From the human T2T-CHM13v2.0 reference genome, Homo sapiens, in the NCBI RefSeq assembly GCF_009914755.1, contig NC_060945.1: 64,000 nt of DNA. One strand, written 5' to 3'. Positions 1 through 43,520 of this stretch are shown piece by piece. The position numbers were made by a program, and so were the translations under genes. Every line of letters begins with the position of its first letter. Positions within the stretch are counted from its first letter, which is position 1. The notes under the pieces are model-generated. The model made no database searches, was not told where the DNA came from, and worked only from the letters and a program-made list of their open reading frames with translations.

Positions 1-59
1 CTAAGGAAAATAAAATTTAAAATTTAATAGTATATATATATCCATTTTATTACTTTTAG

Positions 60-13632
<13,573 letters not shown>

Positions 13633-13911
13633 TAATATCAAAAGCACTTTTTCTGGAAACACATTTATGGCTTTTATAATGGCTGAAATAACGATAAAAA
13701 AAGACTAATTAAAATCATGTTCACTTAACATTAAATACATGCCAGAAGAAATCATGTTTATTTAAATATTGAAGGGAAAAATACCTAAAAATGTACAAAG
13801 GTTTTATATTGTCATAGTGGTTTTTATTCCTGCTTTGTTTCTGGAAAGGAAATCCTGAATTACTTAAGTACTTTGTGTTTAATATATCTGGGTGATGGAT
13901 CACAACACATC

Positions 13912-13917
13912 AATAAA
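13912..13917 (+). terminator. USP16: USP16 polyadenylation signal AATAAA
   Basis: AATAAA about 280 nt after the stop, followed by a U-rich stretch. Confidence 0.7.
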
Positions 13918-13971
13918 CTGACTTACCCTAAAATCTTGTTTTATTACTGGGAAGATTTTAACTTCTATTGA

Positions 13972-14353
<382 letters not shown>

Positions 14354-14835
14354 ATACAAGTGTGTTAATTTTATAAGCATCTATATTGACAGCAGAATAT
14401 AAATGGGAGCAATGTTTCTTTATAAGCCTTCTGATGCCATAGTGTGCATAAGCTGGGGTATACAAGGCCTTACTCTGTATTTGCTCTGTGCCAGTGGTCA
14501 ACTGATTTTGGACAGATGTAAGACAAACCAGTCTCACTCCTATGAGTATAATTGGGTACCAAACCCCTTAATACCAGCATACCAGAGAAAGCCTGTGAAC
14601 TGTCCCAAGTCAGCCACTGTTTGAGTTACATGCAACACAAAGAGCTTAGGGACACCAAGCGTCTCTGAACTTCTTGAAAGGTTCTCTGAGGACAACTTCG
14701 ACATACGATGAACATTTCTAACTTGCTGTGGCAGTAATGAGAGTTGTATCATTCCTAACAAACACCTGTTGAGTTTATGTAATACCCAGTCAGTCATACT
14801 GCTTCTAAAATCTCTTGGAAAGAATACTAAAAACA

Positions 14836-15115
14836 GGCTGGTGCGGTGGCTTATGCTTGTAATCCCAGGACTCTGGGAGGTCAAGGCAGTAGGAAACGTT
14901 GAGCCCAGGAGTTTGAGACCAGCCTGGGTAACATAGTGAGACCCTATCTCTACAAAAAACTTAAAAATTAGCCAAATGTGGTAGTGTTTGCCTGTGTCCC
15001 CAGCTTTTCAGGAGGCGGAGGTGGGTGGATTGCCTGAGCCCAACAGCAGAGGTTGCAGTGAGCTGAGATTTTACCACTGCCTGTGCGACAGAGCAACACC
15101 CTGTCTCAAGAAATA
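14836..15115 (+). mobile_element. Alu (AluJ-like)
   Basis: Diverged dimer. Confidence 0.85.
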
Positions 15116-15439
15116 CATACACACACAATTTCAAACAGTATTAAGGACCTTACATAACCAACACATATAGTAGCACATGTCCTATAAAATTCAGTATGAT
15201 TATTTATAATAATTTATTTATAATGTTCTTGGCTTTTTCAACACTCCTTACTGATTTTAACAAAATAGAATCTGCTTTATGAAAACTGACTTAATTTTGT
15301 ATGTCAGTTTATCTATTTTCTAAGCATTTTTTTTGTACTTTGCTAAGTCGAGTGTCTTCAACAAATTATTAATTGCTATTGAAACAAGTCACCTTGAGTC
15401 AGGAATTCCAGAGCTGTGACAAAAACACTGGAAATCTAG

Positions 15440-15640
15440 TCCAGGTGTTGGCAGCACTTTCCTGTAGAGGGCCAGATAGTAAATATTTTAGGCTTTGTAG
15501 GCCCATTTGGTCTCTGTCAAAAATAAAGATACTTAACTCTGCCACTCCCTTGTTAGAAAGCAACTGCAGACAATATGTAATGGTATGAGCATGGCTGTGT
15601 TCCAATAACTTATTTACACAAACAGGCAGTAGGCCAGATA
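15440..15640. mobile_element. MER58A-like DNA transposon fossil
   Basis: gggccagatagtaaatattttaggctttg...ggctgtgttccaataa. Confidence 0.7.
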
Positions 15641-15785
15641 TACATGGGTAATAGGCCTCTACTTACATAAGTGACTTGCCTTAAGTCCCACAGCTAATGT
15701 GATTAACAAGGTTGAGAGGAACACAAGTCATTTAGAGCCAATAACCGTGGTCATTAGACAATAAGGCTTTGACAGTAACAATATG

Positions 15786-15791
15786 TTTATT
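15786..15791 (-). terminator. CCT8: CCT8 polyadenylation signal AATAAA
   Basis: TTTATT on the + strand, about 125 nt past the stop. Confidence 0.75.
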
Positions 15792-15916
15792 ATAACATCC
15801 AGCCAAGAATACAAACACAAAATAACTCTTAATTTAAGGAGAATAAGAAAACATCAGGTGATTCTTGAGTACTACTACAAATACAGCCTTCACCTACAGT
15901 AAAAATTAAGCCAATT

Positions 15917-33030
<17,114 letters not shown>

Positions 33031-34060
33031 GGCCAGCCTGCAGGAAGCAGTTCACGCGACCGCTCGAAAGACCGCGGAGGAAGCGAGGAGCACGCACAGC
33101 CTTCTGGGAAAGCAGCGTGGGGCCGCCTCACGCTCTTCCTGGCTCTCCAATTAGCCCACCCTTTCCCTGCCGCCAGGTCTGAAGCATCGCGAGAAGAGCA
33201 ACCTCTGTGGCCAGAACCAAGCTGACGATCCCCGATCGGGTCGATCGATAGGGCGGGCCCAGGGAGCCCCTCGGGTTTCTGGCTCACGCACGCGCAGACA
33301 GCCCAGGCCGTGAGAGGTTGCTCCAGTCTGTGCTCTCTGACCGTAGTCAGTAGTCACGGCGTTAGATTTTTGCGGTTTTTGATCTGGAAGCCACACATCC
33401 TTAGCTTAATTTCCACGTATCTTCCAGACCCAGCCACCAACATCAGGGCAGGTGTGCTTTTTTTTTCCCGAGGCAGAGCATCTGCCCCATCCCCCAAAAT
33501 TGTCTCTAGGCGTCCGCTCTGTGTTGGGCACCATAGGAAGCGCTGGGAATGCGCACGATAATTAAAGTCGTCACTAAGAGTAATGTAGTACACATCAAGT
33601 GCTCAAGTGTGCCATATTCTGTGTGATCTGCTTTACATGCAGTATCTCTGTTAATGGTCAGTCTTAAAAATTAATGAATTGTCGGTTAAAATACCATTTA
33701 GTTTTCCTTCCATAAAATGGAGACGATACCATTAAAAATTAAAAATTAAATGGTACTGTCTCTATTTTGTAGAAGGGAAACTGAAGTTCACAAACTGTAA
33801 ATAATTTTCCCAAGATCACAGAGCTAGTAAATATTAAAGCTAGAATTCCTATCTAGATCAGACTTATTGCAAAATGCCGGTTCTTAACCACTATCTATAT
33901 TCCTCTTTTCTACTTCTTCCTGGGAATATAAATCCCTTTTACTCTTTTAAGATCAGATATAAATACATATTTATTTATCTGATTTATATATATAATATAC
34001 ACATTTTATATAAATATATCTGATTTATATATGAATTTATAGATAAATATAAATCCCTTT

Positions 34061-34217
34061 GGCTTGGTGGCATGCACCTGTAGTCTCAGCTGCTTGGGAG
34101 GCTAAGGTTGGAGGATCTGCTTGAGCCTGGGAGGTTGAGGCAGCAGTGAGCTGAGATCATGCCACTGCACTCCAGCCTGGGCAAGAGTGAGGCCCTGTCT
34201 CAAAAAAAAAAAAAAAT
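34061..34217 (+). mobile_element. Alu right-arm monomer
   Basis: Alu consensus with poly-A. Confidence 0.85.
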
Positions 34218-34237
34218 TGCAAAAATGTAAATGCCAC

Positions 34238-34595
34238 TGATATGGTTTGGATTTTTGCAAAAATGTAAATGCCACTGATATGTTTGAATTGCCTGCCCAA
34301 ATATGATGTGGAATTATAATCCCCAGCTGTTCTTGTGATAGTGAGTGACTTCTCATAAGACCTGGTTGTTTAAAAGTGTGTGGCACCTCCCCACTCTGTC
34401 TCTTCCTCCTCCTCCAGCCTTGTAGGATGTGTCTGCTTCCCCTTCACCTTCCACCTTGATTGTCAGCTTCCTGAGGCTTCCCCAGCCATGCTTCCTGTAC
34501 CGCCTGTGGAACTGTGAGCCAATTAAACCTCTTTTCTTTATAAATTACCCAGTCTCAGGTAGTTCTTTATAGCGATTCGAGAACGGACTAATACA
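34238..34595 (+). mobile_element. MaLR solo LTR (MSTA/MSTB-like)
   Basis: TGATATGGTTTGG...GGACTAATACA; 5-bp TSD GCCAC; about 28 nt of the 5' junction is tandemly duplicated. Confidence 0.85.
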
Positions 34596-35490
34596 GCCAC
34601 CCTTTTCATTCTTGGAAAATAGAGATATTTTAAATAAAAACATACATATTATCATGTGATAGGATTATTATTTTTTAAATAACGTTAAAAATTTATCAGT
34701 TTTAATTTCTAATATAGCAAATATTCATACCTATAACCCACATAAACAAAAGACCTTTGGGGAAGTTAATTTTTAAGAGTCTAAAGGTGTTCTGAGACTG
34801 ATACGTTAGAGAACTACTGTAATGATCAGTCCCGAACAACAGAACAATCCAAGATTTTTCCTGGATTAGCTAAGAAATAAACAAAAGCACATTCCTCTGA
34901 CTCAGAGATAATATTACTTATAAAAATAGCTAACACAAAATAAAATTGAAATAAAACTGAAAGGAGCTAAAATGACACCTGATTAACATATTAATATATA
35001 TTAATCTATATTTAAAGTGACTTTGAGGCCTAGGTTCTGGTCCTTGTCTCACTGGTATCTTCTCCATTTGGCATTAATGTCTTGTATTCTGGCCCCAGTA
35101 CCTGGAATAGTTCGTGCTGTCTGCTTTACCACTTCTGCCTCAGGGTCTTTGCCTCTGCTGTTCTTCCTACCTAAAATGCTCTTCTATTCCCTTATGGCTG
35201 AATTAATTCTACCTCAGTATGCAGACACTTTCATTAGAAAGTCTTTGATGACTCCCAAGACATTCCCTGTTTGTCATTCTCATAGCTTCTGTGTTTCTCC
35301 TTCATAGCACTTACCACAGTTGTAATGACAGAATTATTTGTCATCTTTCTCCACCAGCAGGTAGGTGGTGAATCACCAGCACTTATACTGTAATTGGACA
35401 ATGCACGGAGTAAGGAGTCAATAAATCATCATCAAATGAACTACTGGGTGACCAAATGGATATCCAGAAGAGGAGATCGAAGAATTAAGG

Positions 35491-37147
35491 TGCTGTGGTC
35501 TCAATGTTTGTGTCCCTCCAAAATTCATGTTAAAATCTTAGGCCCTGAAGTGATGGTATTACGTAGGGCCTTTTGGGAGATGATTAGTTCATTAGGTCTC
35601 CACCCTTATAAAAGATTAGCGCTCTTATGAAAGAGGCCCAGGGGAGCTTATTTGCCTTTCCACCATGTGCTGACACAGCTAGAAGGTACTATCTATGAAC
35701 CAGGAAGCAGGCCCTCACCAGACACTGTATCTGCTAGCACCTTGATCTCGGACTTCCAGCCTCACGAACTGTGAGTAACACATTTCTACCGTTTCTAAGC
35801 CACCCAGTTTGTAGTATTTTGTTATAGTGTGTCTGGAATTGGTGGGTTCTTGGTCTGACTGACTTCAAGAATGAAGCCGTGGACCCTCGTGGTGAGTGTT
35901 ACAGTTCTTAAAGGCGGCGTGTCCGGAGTGTGTTCCTTCTGATATTCGGATGTGTTCGGAGTTTCTTCCTTCTGGCAGGCTCGTGGTCTCGCTGGCTCAG
36001 GAGTGAAGCTGCGAACCTTCGCAGTGAGTGTTACAGCTCTTAAGGCACGTCTGGAGTTGTTTGTTCCTCCCAGTGGGTTTGTGGTCTCGCTGGCTTCAGG
36101 AGTGAAGCTGCAGACCTTTGCAGTGAGTGTTACAGCTCATAAAGGCAGTGAGGACCCAAAGAGTGAGCAGCAGCAGGATTTATTGCAAAGAAAAAAAAAG
36201 CTCCCACAGTGTGGAAGGGGACCCAATCGGGTTGCCACTGCTGGCTCTGGCAGCCTGCTTTCATTCTCTTATCTGGCCCCGCCCACATCCTGCTGATTGG
36301 TAGAGCCCAGTGGTCTGTTTTGACAGGGCGCTGATTGGTGTGTTTACAATCCCTGAGCTAGACACACAGGTTCTCCATGTCTCCACCAGAGTAGCTAGAT
36401 ACGGAGTGTCGATTGGTGCATTCACAAACCCTGAGCTAGACACAGGGTGCTGATTGATGTGTTTACAAACCTTGAGCTAGATACAGAGTGCCGATTGGTG
36501 TATTTACAATCCCTTAGCTAGACGTAAAGGTTCTCCACGTCCCCACCAGACTCAGGAGCCCAGCTGGCTTCACCCAGTGGATCACGCACTAGGGCTACAG
36601 GTGGAGCTGCTTGCCAGTCCGCCGCCGTGAGCCCACACTCCTCAGCCCTTGGGTGGTTGATGGGACTGGGCGCTGTGGAGCAGCGGGCGGCGCTCGTCGC
36701 GGAGGCTCGGGCATGGCGGGCTGCAGGTCCCTAGCCCTGCCCTGCAGGAAGACAGCTAAGGCCAGGCGAGAAATTGAGCACGGCAGCTGCTGGCCCAGGT
36801 GCTAAGCCCCTCAACTGCCCGGGGCCGGTGGGGCCGGCAGGCGGCTCCGAGTTGCGAGGTCCGCGGGGCCCACGCCCACCCGGAACTCACGCTGGCCCGC
36901 AAGCACCGCGCGCAGCCCCGGTTCCTGCCCGCACCTCTCCCTCCACACCTCCCCGCAAGCTGAGGGAGCCGGCTCCGGCCTCGGCCAGCCCAGGAAGGCG
37001 CTCCCACAGCGCAGTGGTGGGCTGAAGGGCTCCTCAAGTGCCGCCAAAGTGGGAGCCCAGGCAGAGGAGGCGCCGAGAGCGAGGGAGGGCTGTGAGGACT
37101 GCCAGCACGCTGTCACCTCTCAATAGCAGCCCAAACAGATTAAGACA
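35491..37147 (+). mobile_element. MaLR LTR (MLT1A/MSTD-like) interrupted near its 3' end by the LTR12
   Basis: Starts TGCTGTGGTCTCAATGTTTGTGTCCC; its end TTGTTATAG//CAGCCCAAACAGATTAAGACA is split by the insertion. Confidence 0.8.
35828..37122 (-). mobile_element. Solo LTR12 (ERV9 LTR, LTR12C-like)
   Basis: Minus strand begins TGAGAGGTGACAGCGTGCTGGCAG and ends GAACCCACCAATTCCAGACACA; roughly 40-nt CCAAT-bearing tandem units; 4-bp TSD ATAG (35824-35827, 37123-37126). Confidence 0.95.
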
Positions 37148-39991
37148 TGGGAGGTATGGTCTCTATTCTTACCATCCAGACGTATGTGAAGTAAAACCAG
37201 AGAACAACACAAAGCAATCAAGAGGGTTTTTGCGCAGAGTTTGCAAAACGCCAAGGAGACTGTAGGTTTCTGTTATAGTGATTCAAAAGCCTGGGATCCT
37301 CATGTTAGGTGCTGCCTGAAAACATGGCCTCCAGCCTCCAGGAGAGCTAAAAGCCGTGAGGATTGGGGGTTGGGGATGTCTGAGCCATCTTAGGATTCTG
37401 ATAAGGACTCAGTTCACTATTTGTTTCTAGTTACTTTGTTTCTGTTTTTTTCATTTTTTGTTTGTGTTAAAGTTTTAACCCCTGTACGTCAGAATTGTTT
37501 AATGTTTTTGGCTTGTCTATGTGTTTTGATTTTTTTTGTATTATTATTTAATTTTCCCAATTCCCATTAAATCCTTAACCTCCTGACTTTTCTTTTTCTG
37601 CCTCCATTTGTATTGTTTATTTCATGTTACTATATCATCTTATGTTTCAGTATTTTTCTGTTGAATTTTAATTCTTTTGTTTGGCTTTGGAGTCTGACTC
37701 ATTTTGTGTTGGCTCATTATTTTGCTTCAGGATATTTTTGTTGTTGTTAAAATCTTTTAATATTCCTTTATAAATTTAAATTTTTTTCTCTTTTAATCGA
37801 ATTTATTTGGGCTTAAGAGGGCACAATAATTTATACCCTTATTCACTTTCTGAGTTTGGAAACAACCAAGAAAATAGAGGGGTCAGGAGGCTGGAATTCA
37901 GAGTCTCTCTGGACTACAGAGAACGTGGCTTAGGGTGAAAGCACAGGCATGCTGGGCATCATTGCTGCTTTGCACTGATCAGAGAAGGAGAGACTTTAAA
38001 TGGGTTAACTCCATGCAATCAAGAAAGGTAGCCCCATGTCAATCCCTTACCAGTGAGGTAACTTCCAATGTGGGTCAGAAGGAGTGGATTGAGAGGCCGA
38101 GAACTGGGGGTAACCAAAAGAGTAAGACTAAACAATACTCTCCTCTCAATATAATTGTTACTTTTGTTCATCTCCCTGTAAACCTCCCTCCCACTCTTCT
38201 GCCTTTTATCTATGGAGTGGGGATGAGGTTGAGGGGAGACTCGGCCTACGACTACCATGTTGGTCCCACAGCTCCACTTAGTTTCTGTCAAGCACACATG
38301 AGACAAGGCATGGCTAAGGTAAAGTCCTGACTGATTCGACTGGTAAAGATGCAAGGACACTTTTTTAGAATCAGACCGTTTATTCATTACATAGATGACA
38401 AAAGGAAGACTAGCCAAATGTGCCAACTCCTTGAGGTCATTGTTCTGCTCATCAAAAAGAATGACACTGAAACCAAAGGGACTTGGAGATTGCAATGCGA
38501 GTTGGGTAATGCAGCTCGGTGGTTTTGTGTTCTGCCACTCTATTAAGAGAGGGTGAAGCAGGAAGACCCACGTCTCATCAGAACACTGGAGGTGATGAGA
38601 AACTGCTTCATGACAGCTTCCCAGGTGAGATCAGGAGGTGAAAGGAAGATGGCCTTGGAGAAGCTCTTTGCAGGTCTCCATCTTCTCGTGTTCCAGGTGG
38701 ATCACAAGGCATTTGGCCAAGACTCAGGCCACAGGAGAAGCAGTGCCAAGAGACAGGAAGGAAGTGGCTCTGCCCTGGTGTATCCACAAAGGGCATGCAG
38801 GCAAAGGCCCATGCTAATCTGAGTCTTGGCCAAATGCCAAGCTCTTTCTTAGCTTTGGCTTGCTTCCTTTTCTCTATGGGTCTCTCAGCTTCCCCATACT
38901 GTCTCACCACTCCCCCCAGAAAGGTCTCTACGTGTTTCATATTCAAACATCCCAAGAGGGAGCATCTGATTGGTTCAGTTTATTGCTTTGCCACAAAAAG
39001 CCCCCAGGTTCTGCTAAATTTTCAGAAAATACAAGTTTCCATGGCTGCTTTGGCCTAAGCAAGAATTGGTGGTGCACTCAATGGCAAACGAGGGCCAGGG
39101 TCATGTGAGTCATCTGTAACCTTGGTGTGAGAATGCTCTGTGGCTGTTTTGTTCCAAAGTGGGCTCTGTGTGTGGCCTACATTCAGAGTTTCAAGAATAG
39201 TCCAATCAATCTACTTGAGGCTGTACTGGAGTGAGTAGCTCCCTTAAAGTCTCTCCAGGTTAGGGCAAAGTCACAAGAAATGAAATGTATTATAATCACT
39301 CCCTGCTTATTACCATTCTAAGAGGGAAGATCTTGAACTGGATGAAAGTGATTGATTCTTTTCTTAGTTTAAATGTTGGTTTAGTTGTCCCGGTGTCTTT
39401 TGTGCCTAGGTGTGATTGAGCTGGTTAGATTAATGGGAACGAGAAGGGTGAAATGGAATGAGATGCATTTAAATCCTATTGGTGATACCTTAGATATCTA
39501 GAGATGAAATCTTTATTTCAGGTGACTTGAGAGAGAAGGTTCTCTTGAGCCTTTATGAATCAACTGTTGATGAACTAAAACTGTGTTTATCAGTCTCTCT
39601 TTCAGCAAAGATAGAAGTTACTGTCATAGTTCCCCTGATCAGTGTGCTAGACTGGCACACATGGGGTCTTCTACTGCAAGGCTGGGAAGCAGAAACTGTG
39701 TTTCTTGGATTCTGTTGCAGTTATGGCTGTGGGTACAAATAAGCCTCCACCAATTAGATACTTTCATGTGAGGATTGGAAGGTGGTAGGAAAACAAAGCC
39801 TATTTTCATGCTGTTTTGGCATTTCTGCCATAAGCCCCTAAGGCTGCCGTGGTTTAAACCAGAATTCCTGATGCACTCATGGGTGTCCAGGGGCCAGGGT
39901 CTTTTGTAACCTTAGTGTAGGGAATGTGATGAGATGATGCATTTTTGGCACCTCTTTGCCAAAGATAACACCTTGCTCTCCGTGCTTACAG

Positions 39992-40148
39992 ATGTACAAG
40001 GGCAGCCGTGGGGCTGGCAACAGCTTCGTAATCCTGGCTTCCTGCTTTCTGGGTCAAAGCCCTGGTGGTGTGTTCTTGATATCGGTCCATCTAGTGGCGT
40101 TGTTTGATTCCTCCCACCTTGCTGATCATTCGTAGTGTAGCCCCCAAG
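39992..40148 (+). other. MAP3K7CL: Probable MAP3K7CL 5'UTR exon (or alternative first exon)
   Basis: Acceptor ctctccgtgcttacag| and consensus donor AAG|gtgagt in unique sequence upstream of the coding exons. Confidence 0.55.
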
Positions 40149-40707
40149 GTGAGTCATTCTGTTACATCTGGGACCTATTCCCAGAAGCCCATTTTAGAGC
40201 TTGCTTCTCTAGCCCATCAAGAATTTTTGAAGGATCTGATTCCTGTATTAAAGCCCTTCTGCTTGAGTGGTTTTTGTTTCCTGCATGCTGTATGACATAA
40301 TTCCTGTGTTTATGATTGTTACAAAGCTAAAAACAGCCATGGCCAGGCTTGTGAGCTCACATCAGAAATGAAATTCAGAAGTCATTCAGAATCTTACCAA
40401 ATCCAGTTTTTACTCTTGATTTAAAAATATTTTACTTTTTAAAATTAATTATTGTGGCTCGCCCAGACTTGGCAGTTAGAATTGAATATCAGGAAAGGTT
40501 TTAAGACAAACCTGACGAAGAAAGTTGAAGTAGTCACAGTATCTAGAAATACAAGAGGGCCTCTTTTCTCAGGCTTATATTTTGAGATAAATTTCCTCTC
40601 CTTAGTACATGCAGGGAACATTTCATTTCATAGTTTTGCTGATTAAAAAGGCCAAATTATATAAATTACCTGGAGGAGGTTTTCTGCTATTAAAATTGTT
40701 TATGGTC

Positions 40708-41103
<396 letters not shown>

Positions 41104-41689
41104 TTACTCTTTCTTTTATTATGAATTCATCAGTTTACTGGTTATTCTTTTTTATATTTTAGCCAGTTTCCCACCACAGATTGCAAGTTTGGGTTCCTCA
41201 GACCATTGTTCTATGCAAGAAGCAGGCTTTTGGCAAGTTTCTTCCACATCAAATTACTTTTCCTTCTGTATATTTTATGCAGAAATCTTTCAATAACAAG
41301 ATAAGATTGTTTGCAGCTTTTACTGATCTTTACTCAATATTTGATTCTGTGCATAGGAACCAGTTGTAGGCGAGCCTGCTTACGTACAATATTGAACCCA
41401 GTCCTGATTCTTATGTAGAATTTGCATCTTAACACCAGTGCAAAGACCTGGGTTTGATAAGTTAAATGGTTATTTCAAAATGAATAAAACAGGGATGTTT
41501 TGACTACTTTGTTTCTTTTTGTTTTATAATATAATATTACTTTTGGATGAGCTAACTGAATCTGTCCCTCTTTCCACTGAGAGTAAAAGTAATAAGTATT
41601 CTCTACTAATATTATTAAGTTCATAGATGACTCTAGCAGCTCTTGGTCCTATTTCCTAATATTATGTAAAGAAATGGCTTAAGTTCAGG

Positions 41690-42195
41690 CACTGCATTAG
41701 TTAGCGATTGTTGTGTAACAAACCACTCCAAATCTCAGTGGCTTAAAACAACAGCTACTTCTTATTTCTCACAAAATAATTTCTCACAAAAAATTTCTAA
41801 ATTTTTTGTATGCCTAGGACTGGTTGGGTGGTTTGGCTGATCTGACCAAGCTTTACTGTATTAGGCAGGGATTGTTTATGTATCTGCAGTCAGCTGGTGG
41901 GTGGGCTTGGGGTTGGGGAACAGTGTTGGCAGGCTTGGAGGTCTCAGCTGGAACAATTCAGCTGTGCATCACATGGTCTCAGCCTCTAGTAGGTTACCTG
42001 GGCTTGCTCTCATGAAAGTAGAGGGTGCCAAGGGAGCAAGCAGCAATGTGTAAGCACCTTGTTAAATTTGCTACTAGCCCATTGGCTGAAGTAGGTTATG
42101 TGGCCACACCCAGGATCAGTGTGGCAGGGCAGTATCAAAGGCTGTAGATACATGGAGGCACGTAAGTTGAGGACAATAGTGCAGTCAATCTACCA
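41690..42195. mobile_element. Old MLT1-type MaLR LTR remnant
   Basis: gtgtaacaaaccactccaaatctcagtggcttaaaacaac. Confidence 0.6.
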
Positions 42196-43269
42196 CGGCC
42201 ACTCTAAAACCCCAGTCCCTGCTTTTGGCAAGAGTTTTCCACCATTCATTTACTTGGTGTTCAACAACTTCATTCAACAAGTTTCTTAAGAAAATACTGG
42301 GATCAATTTACCTTGCAGGATTCACTAGAAAGCAATATTACTTAAATTAAGGTGTCATTTTGATGTTTCACTGAGCTTTTTTTTTTTCTTGAGCCACCAC
42401 AGCAGGTGACTATTAATATCTGTATTGAAAAAACTCTAGCTAAACATTAGTGTCATCATTCTTCGTGTCACAGAGCATTGGTGTCTTACTTTCCCATTTA
42501 ATTATATTTTGAAATGAATTCAGAAATATTTGGAGGGCATGATATTGGTCCTTTCTAAAGGTACTTGGGTGTTTTGCCTTGGGCAATTCCTCAATTTTCT
42601 TGGCCTTACTCTATTACACAGAAATCTGCCCCCTGGACTCCAATTTGAGAAGATAATTTCTAACCATTCCTTATCCAATCCTTATCAAATGCCTAATTGC
42701 AAAAATTTATGTTTGAGCAAAATTCCCTCAATGCCGTGCAGCACATTCCCATTTAGATAATTAATTTTGCCCTCGGATGAAGCCAGACCATTAAAGTTTT
42801 AGTCCTTTGGAGGACTGAGTTTGATAAATTGCATTTTGGTATCATGCCATTGTCTTATAATAAGGAAAATTAAAAGGAATGGCCAACTATCATAGACTGT
42901 TATCTCTACTCGATGCCTGTTTTTGATGGATGTCAATCATTTCATTGCATGGTATCCTTTTTATATGACCTGTGGGAAAAATTTATCTCAGCATTCAACC
43001 ATGGTTTTTATTTTATGGCCGCTATGAATCTTCCAGTGTTTTTGTTTCTCTCTTTAACTGCTGGAAACTTAGAGCCAAATGTGTAGCCCATCTCTACCAA
43101 CTCTACAGGGCTCTGGTGCAACATTTCTGTCTACCACTCTTAACATTTGGTTTTACTATTTTCCTGATTGTTCTTTCTTTTTTGCTCAGACTATCTCAAC
43201 TTAAAAAAATCCTTAGTGATTTTATTTGTTTTTGTAAGCCACATAAAGTTCTTTATGGAATCAGCTGGG

Positions 43270-43520
43270 ATGTGTGTGTGTGTGTATATATGTGTGTGTG
43301 TGTGTATGTAATATATATAATATTACCTCTCTTGTTTATGTAATATATATATCTCTGTTTTACTAATTCTGAAATAATCATTTAATATTATAATATATAA
43401 TATATATAATTGTATATAACATATGTATACACACATGTATATGTATATATTTTATGACATATATGTAATATAATTATATATAATATTATATGTATATATA
43501 CATGTATAATATGTATATAT
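43270..43520. repeat. (TG)n/(TA)n low-complexity region
   Basis: Direct reading. Confidence 0.9.

Noticed and set aside
36290-36530. Roughly 40-nt periodic repeats that look superficially CRISPR-like
   Set aside because: They are the CCAAT-containing tandem units of LTR12 U3 in a primate genome, with no unique spacers.
35952-37265. Several GC-rich ORFs
   Set aside because: They lie inside or start within the LTR12; typical spurious LTR frames, with no retroviral gag/pol/env present.
37935-39108. Cluster of 65-158 aa ORFs on both strands
   Set aside because: No recognisable motifs, mutually overlapping frames and no convincing exon chain; may be a degraded repeat.
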